A stretch of 64,000 nucleotides of DNA, taken from assembly GCA_039934415.1 (NCBI GenBank), contig JBDTME010000002.1:92746-156745 (forward strand). Reading direction: 5' to 3'. The number at the start of each line of letters is the position of its first letter. Position 1 is the stretch's first letter. This document shows, in pieces, positions 49,193-58,022 of this stretch. The DNA is from Patescibacteria group bacterium. Its GTDB lineage: Bacteria; Patescibacteriota; Microgenomatia; UBA1400; PJMF01. Below the pieces are notes generated by a model. The model did not search any database. It worked only from the letters and a program-made list of their open reading frames with translations, and was not told the origin of the DNA. Both the position numbers and the translations under genes were made by a program.

Positions 49193-49597
49193 TTAGGGTT
49201 GCAGGCGGATGTTTTTATCAATCTTGTCAAAGTCTTTGTCAAAGGAGATAACCTTTGTTGAATGAGTTTTAGCTTTTAGCGCGAGATAACAATCCACAAA
49301 ATCAATGTTTTTGTTTTGAAAAGTATCTAAAGAATTCAAAAGCACACTTTTGTTTACCGTTACAACCTGTTTATTTTGAAAGAAAATGAACAGAAAATGA
49401 ACGGCTTCCTTTTTTGAAATGTTATATTTCCCTCCTGTTGATACAAATAGAAATTCACTGATTACTAAGGGGTCAATAAAAAGAATCTGATTCTGTATCA
49501 AAAGGTTTTCGATTATTTTTTCGGCTTTCTGTGCCTGTACCGGATGATCTCTCAAAAAAAGTCGTAACAGAATATTGGTGTCGACAAGGTATGTCAT
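49193..49597 (-). CDS. vapC: PIN-domain (VapC) toxin
   Basis: LVDTNILLR, VISE, DFVDCY, SFDKDF. Confidence 0.9.
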   Translation of the reverse strand: MTYLVDTNILLRLFLRDHPVQAQKAEKIIENLLIQNQILFIDPLVISEFLFVSTGGKYNISKKEAVHFLFIFFQNKQVVTVNKSVLLNSLDTFQNKNIDFVDCYLALKAKTHSTKVISFDKDFDKIDKNIRLQP

Positions 49598-49884
49598 GAT
49601 TCTTCAGCGAGTTCTTTCATCAATTGCTCGTCTTTTTGCTGGTAATACTCAGCCATTTCTTTTCTGTACTGTTTTTTTGAAATTGGTTTACCTTCATAGG
49701 TAGCAGCAGCTTCTCTTACTGAAGAAATGAATTCGTGTACAGAAATATATTTGGTCAATTTTTCTTCTGGATCTAAGATTTGGATTTGAAAAGTCTGTCC
49801 AGGGGAAAGATCCAAGGATTTGACCAGCTCTTTAGGGTAGGTCACTTGTCTTTGAGTGGTCATTTTCAATGAGAATGTTTGCAT
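49594..49884 (-). CDS. AbrB/MazE-like antitoxin
   Basis: KMTTQRQVTYPKELVKSLDLSPGQ; ATGA overlap with vapC. Confidence 0.8.
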   Translation of the reverse strand: MQTFSLKMTTQRQVTYPKELVKSLDLSPGQTFQIQILDPEEKLTKYISVHEFISSVREAAATYEGKPISKKQYRKEMAEYYQQKDEQLMKELAEES

Positions 49885-49891
49885 GTCCATT

Positions 49892-49932
49892 ATTTTAACA
49901 TCACCCATTACTCTGTCAATTAGTAATGAGTG
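49892..49932 (-). promoter_or_regulatory. vapBC promoter/operator
   Basis: TTGACA (49914-49919) and TG-T-TAAAAT (49892-49900); inverted repeat CACCCATTACT / AGTAATGAGTG flanking the -35. Confidence 0.7.
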
Positions 49933-50166
49933 TTGTGGCGTTCGAGGAACATCTACGCGCAAACCGCTAGACTGAAGAACGAACTTTCGCTGGTAAACCA
50001 CCCTTTCTGATTGAGTTATAGGTCTTTTTATGGTAAAATGGCGGGGTATTTTTCGATGGGCGAGTCAGGTTTAACTGACGAGCCATAAGAAAAGTACACG
50101 CACTTTAACGAAGTTGCAGGCCTGGCCCGTCATCTCCGGGTATCAGGTCTAGAAAGGGAATTTGAG

Positions 50167-50982
50167 ATGAATAGTTTAATGGAGCGCTTCACGGCGTTCC
50201 AAGACCTCCTCCGTAACTCGGAGGAAGGCCCGTTGAAGCGGGCGCGGGAATGGGGTGCCACCGTACTTTTGGGTGCCTTTATCGTTTTTGGATTGTTGTT
50301 TGCTGAGAGCCAGGCCCTCAGTAGCAATTTTCGGGCCCGGCCCGGCGAGATTGAACTCGCCGTGGTCGTGGCAGTAATCGCCTGCATCTGGTCGCTGCTC
50401 GTGGGAGCCAACTGGAGCGACATGGCTAGTTTAGCCGCCGCCGGTTTAGTGCTTTGGTTTATCGTTCGACTGGCTCTATTTGGGGTGGTCGAGCGGACAG
50501 GTGCGACCAGCGGCGAGGCGACGCTGCTGGTACTGGTTTTGATTGGAGTGGGGATTGCTCTCTGGATGTACAGAGAGCAGTTCACCTCCGCAACCAGCTG
50601 GGTGCGCGAGCAAGTCGGACGTGCCCTGCTGAAAGTCAAAGCGCGCGCTCGTTGGCAAAAAGCCGCAGTTTTGCTGCTCGCGATTTTTGCGGGGGGCATA
50701 TTCTGGGCGGCGACCCAGAGTTGGCTGGCCTTCGGGCCAGTAGTGGTTGTTGTTTTTGTTTGGCTCGCAAGTTGGTGGCTAACGCCGCCGACTCCGGAAG
50801 CCGGAACGCTCCCCCCAGGGACAGGGGAGCATGAAGAAGTAACCGACGAGGTTGTTGACCTCGTTGAAGAAGAAGAAGCGCCGGCGGCCCTGCCGGCAAT
50901 AATTGAACCTATCACCTCACCAGTCGAAGAGGCTTCATCCGACACGGACGAAGACCTTGATGATTGGGTGTTGGGTGTGTAG
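50167..50982 (+). CDS. GC-rich multi-TM hypothetical protein with acidic tail
   Basis: About six hydrophobic segments, Glu/Asp-rich C-terminus, own promoter-like site, RBS-like GAAAGGGA and terminator. Confidence 0.7.
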   Translation: MNSLMERFTAFQDLLRNSEEGPLKRAREWGATVLLGAFIVFGLLFAESQALSSNFRARPGEIELAVVVAVIACIWSLLVGANWSDMASLAAAGLVLWFIVRLALFGVVERTGATSGEATLLVLVLIGVGIALWMYREQFTSATSWVREQVGRALLKVKARARWQKAAVLLLAIFAGGIFWAATQSWLAFGPVVVVVFVWLASWWLTPPTPEAGTLPPGTGEHEEVTDEVVDLVEEEEAPAALPAIIEPITSPVEEASSDTDEDLDDWVLGV

Positions 50983-50985
50983 TTT

Positions 50986-51023
50986 GTCCCTCTTCGGTTT
51001 TCGGATCGAAGAGGGATGTTTTT
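50986..51023 (+). terminator. intrinsic terminator
   Basis: GTCCCTCTTCGGTT-TTCG-GATCGAAGAGGGAT followed by G and a T-tract. Confidence 0.85.
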
Positions 51024-51190
51024 AAAAAAATAAGAATTATTTATTAACAAACCAAAAAAAGTCAGCTTTCTAACGTAACAGTCAGAGAATTAGCGCATTT
51101 ATAGAAATAGAACAAGAACGAAGTAGAGAAAAGCAGTACAGCTTATAACTTTAAAAACACTGAAAATACTCTAGAAATACCAGGCGTAAT

Positions 51191-51988
51191 ATGTTAAAAT
51201 CACGACCTTCTATGAAGAAAATGCTGAAAAGTGTTCTAGCGTTTTTGTTTTTGATTTCATTTTTTGTGCGTTTTTTCTCACCTGTTTCAGCTGAAGTAGT
51301 CGCACCAACGTGTTCGGCTATCTCTGTTCCGATAACTTTAACGGCCTCAGATGCCAATATCAATATTACCTTCAATCCATCACTTGGTTTACAAGATGAC
51401 GGGAGATATCGTTTCAACTACGAAGATGCTTCTGTGGATCATAATGTAACCGAGTACTTCGGTCGAGAAGACGATCGTTCAAATTGGAGTGTAGATTTTT
51501 CCTTTAACACTGTCATTGCCGCACCTCAGACGTTGGCACTACAAAATCTCGATGGACAACAGTTTTGTCTCGTTACTTTTCGATATGACCAAGCATCAAA
51601 CACTGTATTAGTGACCAAACCAGGTCAGGGGCAAACTCCAGAATCATTTAATCTGTGTCAACAAGCTGGTACCAATCACGGAACTTGTGATGCATGTTTA
51701 GCTAATGGCGAAATATGGACGGGTGTAGGATGCATTCCTTTCAAAACTGGCGTTGCAACCGTACGAGCAATTATTGTATTAGGACTCGGGATTACTGGTA
51801 CCGCGGTAGTACTAATGACACTCTATGCCGGGTTTATGTTTAGCACCTCGCAAGGTGATCCTAAACGAGTCGACGAAGCCAAAAGCGCTGTGACCTCAGC
51901 GATCATCGGCGCCTTTTTCATCATTTTCTCCGTCACCATCCTCCAATTCATTGGAGTAAGCATCTTGCACCTGCCAGCTTTCGGGTAA
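51191..51988 (+). CDS. extended VirB2-like pilin with N-terminal extracellular domain
   Basis: signal peptide, beta domain, Cys motif C..A...C..C...IWTGVGCIP, pilin AGFMFSTSQGDPKRVDEAKSAVTSAIIG. Confidence 0.8.
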   Translation: MLKSRPSMKKMLKSVLAFLFLISFFVRFFSPVSAEVVAPTCSAISVPITLTASDANINITFNPSLGLQDDGRYRFNYEDASVDHNVTEYFGREDDRSNWSVDFSFNTVIAAPQTLALQNLDGQQFCLVTFRYDQASNTVLVTKPGQGQTPESFNLCQQAGTNHGTCDACLANGEIWTGVGCIPFKTGVATVRAIIVLGLGITGTAVVLMTLYAGFMFSTSQGDPKRVDEAKSAVTSAIIGAFFIIFSVTILQFIGVSILHLPAFG

Positions 51989-52043
51989 ACAGCACCTTAA
52001 CTTGGCCTTCAAATTTTTTTGTTTCCAATGATATGATGAAGAA

Positions 52044-53285
52044 GTGAAAAAAATTCTTCTCACTTTTTTGTTCGCTTTCCTCTTTTTGGCTACAAACGTC
52101 AAAGTAGTTTTTGCAGATAATGACACTTTAGGGGTTTACTGTGATGTTACTGTGAATGGTGTGGCGTTGTCGTCAACTCAAGATTCTGCGCCGACAATCT
52201 ACGCGAGTAGAAAAGATGGAGCAAATTACGTCTACCCTTTTAAAGTGTGTGGAAATTTAGCGCTTTTGAATAATCTTCCTACTGGTGTCAAACCTGTGAT
52301 CGACATGACACCGTATCACTTCGACTTTACTGCTTTTCAACCGTCAGAAAGAATAAACCTGACTCAAGATGGTAGTTGTTTAGTTGGTGAATACTCCAAA
52401 AACCTTGCACCAAATGGGAAGACCGTCGACTCCGTTTATGATGTTGAAGGTGATAATTCTGGGAATACGCCTATTTGTCATCGAGTGTTCGCTAGGCTAG
52501 CACCAAGTGTGTTAGCGGATACCGCTGCTTGGGCGAACGCTAGTACGATGTGCGGGACAATCGGCCTGGACCCTGTTGCACCAATCCACAATGACAACGT
52601 GACTATTGATTTTGTTCTCCCTGAACCATTTTGGACAAATGCGATTAACTCCCCAGAAGGAATCTCATACAGTGGTTTACATTATAAATTGATTCGTTCT
52701 GCTGATGGCGCTGAGCTACAAAATGGAGAAGTTTCTGGCATTATAAATGGAGGACTGGCAGATCCTCATATCTTTGAACATGTTGACCACATGGATGCCG
52801 GTAACTATCGAGTAAAATTCGTCTTAGAAGGGAGTAATGGTAATTTAGATATTTGCGAAAGAAGTTTCGACGTTGGTACTCAGAATGATCCAGGGAAACT
52901 GAATGATAGCGTAGGTTCAGTTGACGAATTTAAGTTGTGTAATCAAGCAGGTCCGCCAGGTTCCGACTCTTACACGGCATGTAACAAATGTTTTTATAAC
53001 AATAGCGGTATTTGGACTGGAGTGGGGTGTATTCCTTATACGAACACTGCCTTGATGGTTAGAGCTCTTATCGTTTTAGGATTGGGCATTGCAGGCACTG
53101 CGGTAGTACTGATGACACTAGCTGGGGCATTTTTGATGTCCACCTCTAGGGGAGAACCTCAAAGAGTTGAAGAAGCGAAGAGTTTGATTACATCTGCCGT
53201 TGCTGGAATATTTTTCATCATTTTTTCTGTAAGTATTTTACAATTTATCGGTGTGAGTATTCTGCATATCCCTGGGTTCGGATAG
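52044..53285 (+). CDS. extended VirB2-like pilin with larger N-terminal domain
   Basis: same Cys motif and pilin tail (GAFLMSTSRGEPQRVEEAKSLITSAVAG...LQFIGVSILHIPGFG). Confidence 0.8.
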   Translation: MKKILLTFLFAFLFLATNVKVVFADNDTLGVYCDVTVNGVALSSTQDSAPTIYASRKDGANYVYPFKVCGNLALLNNLPTGVKPVIDMTPYHFDFTAFQPSERINLTQDGSCLVGEYSKNLAPNGKTVDSVYDVEGDNSGNTPICHRVFARLAPSVLADTAAWANASTMCGTIGLDPVAPIHNDNVTIDFVLPEPFWTNAINSPEGISYSGLHYKLIRSADGAELQNGEVSGIINGGLADPHIFEHVDHMDAGNYRVKFVLEGSNGNLDICERSFDVGTQNDPGKLNDSVGSVDEFKLCNQAGPPGSDSYTACNKCFYNNSGIWTGVGCIPYTNTALMVRALIVLGLGIAGTAVVLMTLAGAFLMSTSRGEPQRVEEAKSLITSAVAGIFFIIFSVSILQFIGVSILHIPGFG

Positions 53286-53299
53286 GGTATAATATCTTT

Positions 53300-54136
53300 A
53301 TGATCAAGCTAAAGTTTTTTGTCCTTCTGCTTTTTTTCGTAAGTTTTTTTGTTGTGACCTCTCCAGCTCATGCTCAACAATGTATGACTGATGGTAGTGT
53401 TCCTTGTGCTGCTGGATTTGTTTGTGATTGTACTGGCGAGCCTGGATGTGGCCAAGATGCGACACGTGGTGAGTGTAAGCCAGTGCCGAAACCAAATGGT
53501 TCACTGTGCGGAGCTAATACTGAGTGTACGAGTGGGTATTGTAATATTGTATGTACCGTACCACCTTCATCCCTGCCTAGCTGTATTCCTGGATCAGCTT
53601 TTGACAACAAAATAGACCCTCGGATGAGTAGTTGTTTGGAAGGAACTGTTATTCGCTATCAATGTGGAACAGGCTATCAACTGGACATAAGTACAAAAAT
53701 CTGTAATGCACTCCCGACGACTAACTCACCCGCCCCAGCACCATCGGACAGTACTGTGCCGACTCCTCCAGATTCTTCAAGCGGAATAGCCAACGGGCTT
53801 TTTTTGTTTTTAGTAAATCCCTTAACTGTCACTGGAAATAAGAATCCACTGGCAGGAATCATTCAAGGTTTTACGAATGTCACCCAAACCTTCACCACTC
53901 CGGCTGGTTTTCTCAATGCCTTGATGCCTTTCCTTTTTTCGATTGCTGGCATAATATTGTTCGTGATGATCATTTGGGGTGGTTTTGAGATGATCTATGG
54001 GGCAGCCGATACCAAGGCTCAAGAGGCTGGTAAACAACGTATTACCGCCGCTCTAATCGGCTTTACCCTTCTGTTCATCTCTTACTGGATCGCGCAGATT
54101 TTGCAGGCGATCTTTGGGGTGAATATTTTAGGGTGA
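53300..54136 (+). CDS. extended VirB2-like pilin with Cys-rich N-terminal domain
   Basis: 14 Cys after the signal peptide, Pro/Ser linker, pilin GGFEMIYGAADTKAQEAGKQRITAALIGF. Confidence 0.8.
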   Translation: MIKLKFFVLLLFFVSFFVVTSPAHAQQCMTDGSVPCAAGFVCDCTGEPGCGQDATRGECKPVPKPNGSLCGANTECTSGYCNIVCTVPPSSLPSCIPGSAFDNKIDPRMSSCLEGTVIRYQCGTGYQLDISTKICNALPTTNSPAPAPSDSTVPTPPDSSSGIANGLFLFLVNPLTVTGNKNPLAGIIQGFTNVTQTFTTPAGFLNALMPFLFSIAGIILFVMIIWGGFEMIYGAADTKAQEAGKQRITAALIGFTLLFISYWIAQILQAIFGVNILG

Positions 54137-54224
54137 AAAGTGAGAGTGTCTGGAGCCTTCCAGGCTAGATATAGACTTATAGTATTGTCGATATTTGAGA
54201 AATATGGTAAAATCTGGGTCAAAT

Positions 54225-57200
54225 ATGAACGAAAGAAGAGTCGAGGTACCAGTCGATCCAGAAAAGCGTTTCGTTAAAGAAACGTTTGGTATGATTTTTG
54301 CTGATCTGCCTATCAAGGCGGATTTTAAACGCAGGATTATCTCAGCTCTGCGTGTACTTGATGAAGCTATTTTGGATGTTAACGGTCAACCTTTAGATCT
54401 TAGTCCCATTAAAATAAAAGTACAAAAAGATAATATTGAACTGTTGTACGTAATGATTTCCTCATTGCGTACCTCTCCCGAACTGTTAGAAAGTCCCGAC
54501 GCCATAGATAGCTTTGAAGATCAATTGAAAGTTGTGGGAGAACAAGTTGGCAGTATCTTGGATACTTACGAGAACATCCTAGCTGATATTGAAAATCCAC
54601 TTCCAGTCGTCGCAGTAGAAACCCCTCCATTGAGTGATAAAGAAGTCGTTGATCAATTTATTGCAAGTGAACCTTCAATCGCTTCGGAGTATCAACAAAT
54701 ACTCAATATCACACCTAATTTCCCAGATTTGACAATTCGAGACAAGTACCCGTTTGCTGGAGATGATGACGAAGGTCGAGACCGAGCAGGCCTAATCATC
54801 CAAGCAGATAAATTGAGGATCACCTTGCTGACTAGAGCTGTCGAAAATGCACTCGAGCGTCGATATGTGGGTAAATCCGAATCAGAAGCCCGAGAAAAAA
54901 TCATTATTCAACAAAAGCTATTACGACCTTTAGATGAGTTGTCAGATAAACTGCAAGGACAAATTTTGAAGGAGTTCTTAGAGTCATATGACAGAGCTGA
55001 ACTAGGGGAATTATTATATGGGGAGGAGGACGGGTTACTTGATGAGCCACCTTTCACCACCTTACTTGCAGATATTGATGAAGTGGGGGATAAGGTATCC
55101 AAGGAACCTGTGGGATATTCTGGATTAACCAGTTTGGGAACATTAAAGCAAAGAATAGAGGCTAATTTTAAGGCAGCAGAAGTCCAGGCACAAGGTCGTT
55201 TACTCGCTTTAATTCCAGGCAAATTTCATGAAGAATTTCAGCGTACCTGGTCAACTCAGTATGCATTGAAGACAGCTCAATCTTTGAGAGCATTAGAGAA
55301 GCTATTTTATACAACTTTCGAAAAAACAGCTAATGATATTGGTCAGGAAGCTGATGGAATAATTCAGAACTATCAATCTTTGGCAACTCCAGATTTGCCT
55401 ACTTTATATACAGAGCAGAAGAAACTTTCCGACAAAAAAACAGAATTAGACAAATTGTTATACGTCAAGTTTTTTAGTGCTACCGAGAACAAAACCACTA
55501 CTGACATCGAAGACAAGGTAAAAGCAAAAATAAGCGAAATAGATAAGATAGAAGAAGAAATAGAGACTAAGCAGCTCGACCTGTGGAAACAAGATGTTTT
55601 ACCAGGTGAAATCCATCTCCTAGAGTTAAATGCCGCTGATACAGACGCAAAAACAGCTCTAGCTGGTACTGATAAGACGGTGATTGCAGCCGCGAAAGAA
55701 AGATTAGAAAAAGCCAGAAAAGAAGCGTTTGCGTTGGTACCAACGAAAGTCCTTGTCGACACGCAGGAAGTTCTTATCAAAGGTGCTTCCCACTACCTGA
55801 ATCAGCTCGTTGCAGCATCAGACCAGACAGTATTGGCTGCTGCTGAGAGATTGTCCACTCTGGACGAGGTTGAGCGTGAGGAAATGAAAACTAGTTTGTC
55901 TGGCCTCATAGAAAAGATCAACAAGCTCGACCTAGAGGATGAAACGCATACACTTGATTCACTGAAAAAAGAATATGCCGATGAGTTTAAAGATCTTGAA
56001 GATCGATTTGATAAAGGCGGCATTCCACCTGCATCAGTAAGTTCCAGATACGCAGAAGCCAAGAAAAAGCTTGGCATCATGGTAGAGTCGGCAACTATTC
56101 GTGGATATCCATTTTCTAAGGTTGTGAGTATTGCGAGCGAGAAAAACTATGACGTGTTTGTTGATACAAAGTCTACTCGAACAATCGCTGATCCTTATGA
56201 AAAGGCAATTGTGAAGAGAGTTCAGGCCTTATACTACACAGAAACTGCAAAGTTTGGAGTAAAGAACGCTGATGGCAGTATTGATGAAAATGATCCAGAA
56301 ACTGAAAAGCTACGAATTGAGCACCGAAGGCAAAAAGTCCGGATGTTTGCGTACCGTTACCGCGATGACAACTATCCTAAGACCGGTGTCCCAGCTGCAA
56401 AGCAGGAGAACTTATATAGCCTTTTTGGTCCTAGAAGACTTTCACGAAAAGACATCTTAGAGGGTGTCACCAATCATGAAATTTATGGTCAGCATACTCA
56501 AGATTTGCTTAGATATGTTATCGATGTCGTCGGGGAAGATATTCCTACAAGATCACCTAAACCAGCTGAAATGAATCCAGACGGAACAGTGAAAGAGAGA
56601 GCAAGGTTTTATACGGCAAGAGAGCTAGAAATTTGCTACGATGATCTTGCAAAAAATCCAGACGGACCTCTGAAGTTAGAGAATCATTTAAAAGAAATTT
56701 TTGTCGCTAGTGGTTTGTTGCCACTAGAACATTTTGAGATTGTCTGGAACCTATATATCACTTTCGATCTGGCTTCTATTTCTTTAGCGAAGCTCCAGAA
56801 AAGAACCAAAACACGAAGCCATAACCCCACTAAGCCTGTGGACACTGAGTACTTGTCCTATCCATTCCATGTCATGAGTCACAAACGAAACAGATATGGT
56901 AATTTGGACTCCGCACATCAGCATTTGTTGGAATTTACAGGTGATTACCCGAATGACGAAGAGAAAGACCAATTTGGTAATTTAGTGTACCGAGATGATA
57001 GCGGAAACGTTGTGCCAGCTGGAACTCGGGATTCTACAACTTATCTGTGGGCTGGAAATCAGAGTAAAAGGCATGGAACACACGTGCGGACGGTGAGAAC
57101 TACTCAAAGACTTGTCAGATTATGGACTAATGCATATTTTCCGACTAAAGGCATAGAAGGCAGGATTTACACTGATAAAAATCGACAAAAATTAAACCCA

Positions 57201-57941
57201 AAAACAGGAAAACAAGAGGATAACGACAATTATGAGGGCAATTGGAACAAGCCGATTTTCCCAGATCATTTCCAGTTTTTAACAGAATCTGAAGACAGAA
57301 TTGGAAATATTGATCTCTACACAACGGCGCAAAAGGGGTGGGATAAAATGCTCAAGATGACTGTTGGCCCGATAAGTGCCGGTCTGAAAATGCACGACAT
57401 CTTTGGAGCTGAGCATGGGTTATACACTGAATTTTTGAATAATGGTATCGGTTTAGCTAAGGTTGTTGCTGGCCCACACCACAACTGGTTTGTGCCAATG
57501 TTGAGATATCTTATTGGAAGAATAGGCGTTGGTTTTTATTCTGAGGCTGTGAACCACCGAGAAGAGTTGCGAAAGGAGTTGGTTGAACAGCTCAAGATTG
57601 GTACTGGAGTGCCTCGTGGTGCAGTCGGATTTGATGAGTTATTGGCCGAGCTAGAGGGGAAAGATGCAACTCAATTTGCGGGAAGTAGATGGAATAAAAT
57701 GCCTGATATCCTTAGACCGTTTGATCAAGGTAGAAGAAGAGATGAGCGCGTGGCTTACATGAGAGCATGGTATAAGGACAAGACTGACAAGGAGCCACCA
57801 TCTTTGTTGCAGCGAGTAAATCCTGGTAAAGATGAGTACATCAAGACCTATTATGATGCAATTGATGAAGTCATACCATTGCCTGTAATTATTGATCGTG
57901 CATCTGCCAGTACAGATACTGCAGAAAAGAAAGCAGCCTAA
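54225..57941 (+). CDS. large hypothetical protein (~1240 aa, helical/coiled-coil, no TM)
   Basis: long uninterrupted ORF; no motif recognised. Confidence 0.8.
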   Translation: MNERRVEVPVDPEKRFVKETFGMIFADLPIKADFKRRIISALRVLDEAILDVNGQPLDLSPIKIKVQKDNIELLYVMISSLRTSPELLESPDAIDSFEDQLKVVGEQVGSILDTYENILADIENPLPVVAVETPPLSDKEVVDQFIASEPSIASEYQQILNITPNFPDLTIRDKYPFAGDDDEGRDRAGLIIQADKLRITLLTRAVENALERRYVGKSESEAREKIIIQQKLLRPLDELSDKLQGQILKEFLESYDRAELGELLYGEEDGLLDEPPFTTLLADIDEVGDKVSKEPVGYSGLTSLGTLKQRIEANFKAAEVQAQGRLLALIPGKFHEEFQRTWSTQYALKTAQSLRALEKLFYTTFEKTANDIGQEADGIIQNYQSLATPDLPTLYTEQKKLSDKKTELDKLLYVKFFSATENKTTTDIEDKVKAKISEIDKIEEEIETKQLDLWKQDVLPGEIHLLELNAADTDAKTALAGTDKTVIAAAKERLEKARKEAFALVPTKVLVDTQEVLIKGASHYLNQLVAASDQTVLAAAERLSTLDEVEREEMKTSLSGLIEKINKLDLEDETHTLDSLKKEYADEFKDLEDRFDKGGIPPASVSSRYAEAKKKLGIMVESATIRGYPFSKVVSIASEKNYDVFVDTKSTRTIADPYEKAIVKRVQALYYTETAKFGVKNADGSIDENDPETEKLRIEHRRQKVRMFAYRYRDDNYPKTGVPAAKQENLYSLFGPRRLSRKDILEGVTNHEIYGQHTQDLLRYVIDVVGEDIPTRSPKPAEMNPDGTVKERARFYTARELEICYDDLAKNPDGPLKLENHLKEIFVASGLLPLEHFEIVWNLYITFDLASISLAKLQKRTKTRSHNPTKPVDTEYLSYPFHVMSHKRNRYGNLDSAHQHLLEFTGDYPNDEEKDQFGNLVYRDDSGNVVPAGTRDSTTYLWAGNQSKRHGTHVRTVRTTQRLVRLWTNAYFPTKGIEGRIYTDKNRQKLNPKTGKQEDNDNYEGNWNKPIFPDHFQFLTESEDRIGNIDLYTTAQKGWDKMLKMTVGPISAGLKMHDIFGAEHGLYTEFLNNGIGLAKVVAGPHHNWFVPMLRYLIGRIGVGFYSEAVNHREELRKELVEQLKIGTGVPRGAVGFDELLAELEGKDATQFAGSRWNKMPDILRPFDQGRRRDERVAYMRAWYKDKTDKEPPSLLQRVNPGKDEYIKTYYDAIDEVIPLPVIIDRASASTDTAEKKAA

Positions 57942-58022
57942 GACTGTGCTGTGATTTTCCTTCAGCGATCTTTTTTTCACTAACTTCAATAAATAGAGAG
58001 ACTCGGAAAATTTACGATGTAG

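Noticed and set aside
50043-50100. Hammerhead ribozyme (CTGACGA...GAAA) or fluoride riboswitch
   Set aside because: Stem I and stem II cannot be formed around the core; a simple long hairpin explains the sequence, and no fluoride-related gene follows
50130-51050. 306-aa minus-strand ORF
   Set aside because: Antisense shadow of the GC-rich plus-strand gene, which has the promoter, RBS and terminator
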